A program made the translations under genes and the position numbers. 64,000 nt of DNA, taken from NCBI GenBank assembly GCA_031259085.1, contig JAIRMA010000058.1:1628-65627 (forward strand), written 5' to 3'. Within the stretch, counting starts at the first letter, position 1, and each line of letters starts with the position of its first letter. Origin of the DNA: Christensenellaceae bacterium. GTDB lineage: Bacteria > Bacillota > Clostridia > Christensenellales > DTU072. The notes beneath the pieces were generated by a model. The model made no database searches. It was not told where the DNA came from and saw only the letters and a program-made list of their open reading frames with translations. Positions 61,210 to 64,000 of this stretch are shown in pieces.

Positions 61210-62852
61210 TATTCCACCGCTAAAAGATAGAAATAATGCGATTGTCCCCCATAGTAAATCTCAACATCACAATACGGATATTTTAGACGCAATTGACCAC
61301 ATAATTGTGCCGCCATTTCATCTTCTACTGAAACCCCATAATACAAAGTAATTGATGCTGTATCCTCACTAAACATTTTCTCTAATGTTCTTATCGTTAC
61401 ATCATCTAAATCATCACCTACCGCAGTAATTTCGTCTGTTACTCCAATTATATCATCAATCTTAACTTGAATACCATTGCTTATTGTGTCTCTAACTGCA
61501 GTAGTTATCATTCCGCTTTTAATATCAGAAGCTGCGCTTTGCATGTTTGTTATATTTTCTGTTATGCTAGCCTCAGGATTAAAATTCAAAGCTGCGGCTA
61601 TGCCTTGTTGCACGCTTTTTGTTGGTATTATTATTAATTCGCAAACGGTTAACTCTTTTGCTTGCTCAGCAGCTAAAATGATGTTGCTGTTGTTTGGAAG
61701 AATATATACAGTGTCTGCCTTAACTGAATTTGCCAAATTCACTATGTCATTGACGCTTGGGTTCATAGTCTGCCCACCCTCAATTATTGCGTCGACATTG
61801 AGCTCAGTGAATATTTCTTTGAGACCATCACCTACACATACTGATATAAGGCCACAGGGCTTGTTCTTCCTTAATTCCGCTTCCTTTTTGAAGATGCGTC
61901 CTTGTTCAAGCATGTTTTCGATTTTGGGTTTATCAAGCTCCCCTAATTCTAAGGCATATGTCAGAGCTTTGTCTGGATTGTTTGTGTGTACATGGACTTT
62001 TACTAATGATAGATCCCCTACAACTATCACACAATCACCAATTTTCATCAGTTTATCGCGCAACTTATCAATATCAGATGTGGTAACCTTTTTCTTGATA
62101 TTAATGATAAAAAACTCGGTGCAATATGCAAATTTTATCTCGTCTAGATTGTGAACATCAGGGAAAAATTCATCTTTCTGAGATTTATTAATAACCAATG
62201 TGCTTCTCTGCTCAGGTGACGCTGACTCAATCATTTCTATACCAGCAAGACTATTATACATGCCAGTTAATATAAACAATAACCCCATGCCCCCTGAATC
62301 AACGACATTAGCCTTTTTTAGTTCATCTAACATTTCAGTAGTTGAATCTAATACTGTTTTTGTCTTTGCTAATATTATTTTAAAAAAATCTAAAAAATCA
62401 ATTTTTGTCTTCGCCATTTTTATGGCATACTGACTAACCATCCTTATAACAGTTAATATAGTCCCTTCTTTTGGTTTAGTCACTGCATCGTATGCATCAT
62501 CTGAACCTAGTTTTAAAGCTTGTGCAAAAACTTTTGTGTTAATGACACTTGCGTCTGAAAACGCACGTGACATGCCCTTAAAAATTTGAGAGAGAATAAC
62601 TCCACTATTTCCTCTCGCACCTTTAAGTGCACCTCTTGAAAATGCCTGACATACTGTTTTAATATCTGTAGAATCCGTATTATCTAATTCGTTTATAGTC
62701 GCGACCATAGTTAAACTCATATTAGTACCTGTATCACCATCAGGGACTGGAAATACGTTTAAACTATCAACATATTCTCTGTTTATTCTTATATTTGCCG
62801 CACCACCTTTAAATAGCCCTTTTAATTGTTCAATGTTCAGTGTCGTAATCAT
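61209..62852 (-). CDS. DAK2 domain-containing protein (YloV family)
   Basis: 547 aa with FPVPDGDTGTNM and a DegV-like C-terminal half. Conserved position between yloU and recG. Confidence 0.85.
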   Translation of the reverse strand: MITTLNIEQLKGLFKGGAANIRINREYVDSLNVFPVPDGDTGTNMSLTMVATINELDNTDSTDIKTVCQAFSRGALKGARGNSGVILSQIFKGMSRAFSDASVINTKVFAQALKLGSDDAYDAVTKPKEGTILTVIRMVSQYAIKMAKTKIDFLDFFKIILAKTKTVLDSTTEMLDELKKANVVDSGGMGLLFILTGMYNSLAGIEMIESASPEQRSTLVINKSQKDEFFPDVHNLDEIKFAYCTEFFIINIKKKVTTSDIDKLRDKLMKIGDCVIVVGDLSLVKVHVHTNNPDKALTYALELGELDKPKIENMLEQGRIFKKEAELRKNKPCGLISVCVGDGLKEIFTELNVDAIIEGGQTMNPSVNDIVNLANSVKADTVYILPNNSNIILAAEQAKELTVCELIIIPTKSVQQGIAAALNFNPEASITENITNMQSAASDIKSGMITTAVRDTISNGIQVKIDDIIGVTDEITAVGDDLDDVTIRTLEKMFSEDTASITLYYGVSVEDEMAAQLCGQLRLKYPYCDVEIYYGGQSHYFYLLAVE

Positions 62853-62958
62853 TACACTATTTCCTTATTCGCTGTCCTCATTGAAAACTAGTAATTCATA
62901 GAATCAAAATTTGTCTATTATAGACATTGATTCTAGCCCCCTCTAACTCATATAATTT

Positions 62959-63309
62959 TTATAGTCGGACTCCAACTATATGGACATTAAGAGATATAAT
63001 TCGCATGCCAGTTAACTGCTCAATTTTATATCGAATTTCTGACTCCATGTTTTCCTTCACCGCATCTTGATTTATTCCACCTTTAACGATAGCATAAACA
63101 TCAAGGTATATCCGATCCTTGTCCGTCACTACTTTCACACCTTTAACTGGAGAAACCCTATTAAACAAGTCTAATATGCTATCGGATAGTCGCCTTGAAG
63201 CAAGATCAACGACCCCATAGACATTCAACGCAACGTGATTAGTAGCCATTAATACTACCTCATCACTTATTGTTATATCTCCATAAACGTTAGTTGTGTA
63301 AAGTGCCAT
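62959..63309 (-). CDS. Asp23/Gls24 family envelope stress protein (YloU-like)
   Basis: Start placed at MALYTTNVYGDITISDEVV (ATG at 63309, AAGGGA RBS). The longer track ORF adds an implausible hydrophobic leader. Confidence 0.8.
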   Translation of the reverse strand: MALYTTNVYGDITISDEVVLMATNHVALNVYGVVDLASRRLSDSILDLFNRVSPVKGVKVVTDKDRIYLDVYAIVKGGINQDAVKENMESEIRYKIEQLTGMRIISLNVHIVGVRL

Positions 63310-63520
63310 ATGTTCCCTTAGAGGATTTAATACGTATATAATAAAATAAAATCTTAAAAAAAGCAAATAAAGTATAAATCAATATTCAAAATCGTTGCAA
63401 TTCTGTGACAAAAATTGTATAATAAACAATATGCAATTTTGAGAAATACGTTTTTATCATATTCTTAAAAAACAAATAAATTAGATTTATATTATATAAA
63501 ATAATCGGGTAGGTAATTAT

Positions 63521-63712
63521 ATGCGAGTATGTGAAGTTTGTGCAAAACGCACAATGTATGGGAATAATGTAAGCCATAGTAATAGAAAATCAAATAGAAG
63601 CTGGAGCGTGAATGTCCAAAAGGTTCATGATTTCCCAGTTGGAAATGGCAAAACTGTAACTGGTTACGTTTGCACTAGATGTTTGAGAACGGCACGCAAA
63701 GTGGCTAAATAG
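63521..63712 (+). CDS. rpmB: 50S ribosomal protein L28
   Basis: 63 aa: MRVCEVCAKRTMYGNNVSHSNRKSNRSWSVNVQKV. Confidence 0.95.
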   Translation: MRVCEVCAKRTMYGNNVSHSNRKSNRSWSVNVQKVHDFPVGNGKTVTGYVCTRCLRTARKVAK

Positions 63713-63758
63713 CACTTTTGTTTTTGTCTTGTCTAGTGCATGTCTAAAAACAGGCGAG

Positions 63759-63788
63759 CGGTCGATATTAAGTGGTATCGGCCTTTTT
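63759..63788 (+). terminator. Intrinsic terminator of rpmB
   Basis: CGGTCGATA-ttaagtgg-TATCGGCC followed by TTTTT. Confidence 0.65.
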
Positions 63789-63806
63789 ATTATATTCAGA
63801 GGCTAC

Positions 63807-64000
63807 ATGTTAAATGATTTCAAAATAGGCCATTATACAGATTCTATAAACGGAACAGGCGTGACTGTTATTATAAACACTAAAGGTGCTGTCGCTGGAT
63901 GTTGTGTGCGCGGGGCATCTCCTGCAACCCGCGAGACGGATTTGCTAGCTGATGGTAAAACTGTACAAACTATTAACGCGGTTGTGTTGTCAGGAGGGAG
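63807..64000 (+). CDS. DmpA/P1 (S58) family aminopeptidase, N-terminal part only; runs off the right edge
   Basis: My translation from the ATG at 63807 reads MLNDFKIGHYTDSINGTGVTVIINTKGAVAGCCVRGASPATRETDLLADGK..., a pattern typical of the family. Absent from the ORF track because the frame is open at the edge. Confidence 0.65.
   Translation, partial: MLNDFKIGHYTDSINGTGVTVIINTKGAVAGCCVRGASPATRETDLLADGKTVQTINAVVLSGG

Noticed and set aside
63386-63577. A 63-aa minus-strand ORF overlapping the rpmB start.
   Set aside because: It overlaps the L28 gene and its promoter region and has AT-driven composition. The yloU-like gene has a better start at 63309.
1-64000. CRISPR arrays, rRNA genes, IS elements or transposases, and toxin-antitoxin or known defence systems.
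   Set aside because: I saw no regularly spaced direct repeats, no rRNA-like conserved blocks, no transposase- or integrase-like ORFs, and no nuclease/ATPase defence-type gene pairs anywhere in the window.

Overview
AT-rich (by eye roughly one-third G+C) chromosomal segment of an endospore-forming Firmicute. Supporting markers: a gerK-type germinant receptor operon in A-C-B order, spoIVA, and the rpmB / yloU-yloV-recG arrangement known from Bacillus and Clostridia. Genes are mostly housekeeping and mostly on the minus strand: fused rsmD-coaD, MTHFS, ACT-paaK-iorB, glcK, manA, rpiB, tsaC, asd-dapA-dapB, two lepB paralogs, a Ca-type P-type ATPase, hsp20, pdxK, a fused ABC transporter and one tRNA-Ser(UGA). 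Accessory-looking content: (i) two very large surface proteins (about 1750 and 1940 aa), each with an N-terminal export signal and a C-terminal TM anchor, and each next to a Tyr-rich lipoprotein; (ii) a three-gene c-di-GMP operon (one GGDEF, one intact EAL, one degenerate EAL); (iii) an SCP2-like protein plus class-III aminotransferase pair; (iv) a double zinc-ribbon protein with a polyacidic tail. I saw no rRNA, CRISPR array, transposase, integrase or recognisable defence gene. The least explained stretches are a 1.9-kb ORF-free tract between tRNA-Ser and recG, whose 0.7-kb core has coding-like composition, and a 180-nt G+C-rich hairpin-bearing spacer between manA and glcK. Other oddities: a tandem CIRCE-like operator with 8-nt spacers at hsp20, an orphan iorB coupled to glcK, and the rsmD-coaD fusion. 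All functional calls come from motif recognition by eye; no database search was possible.
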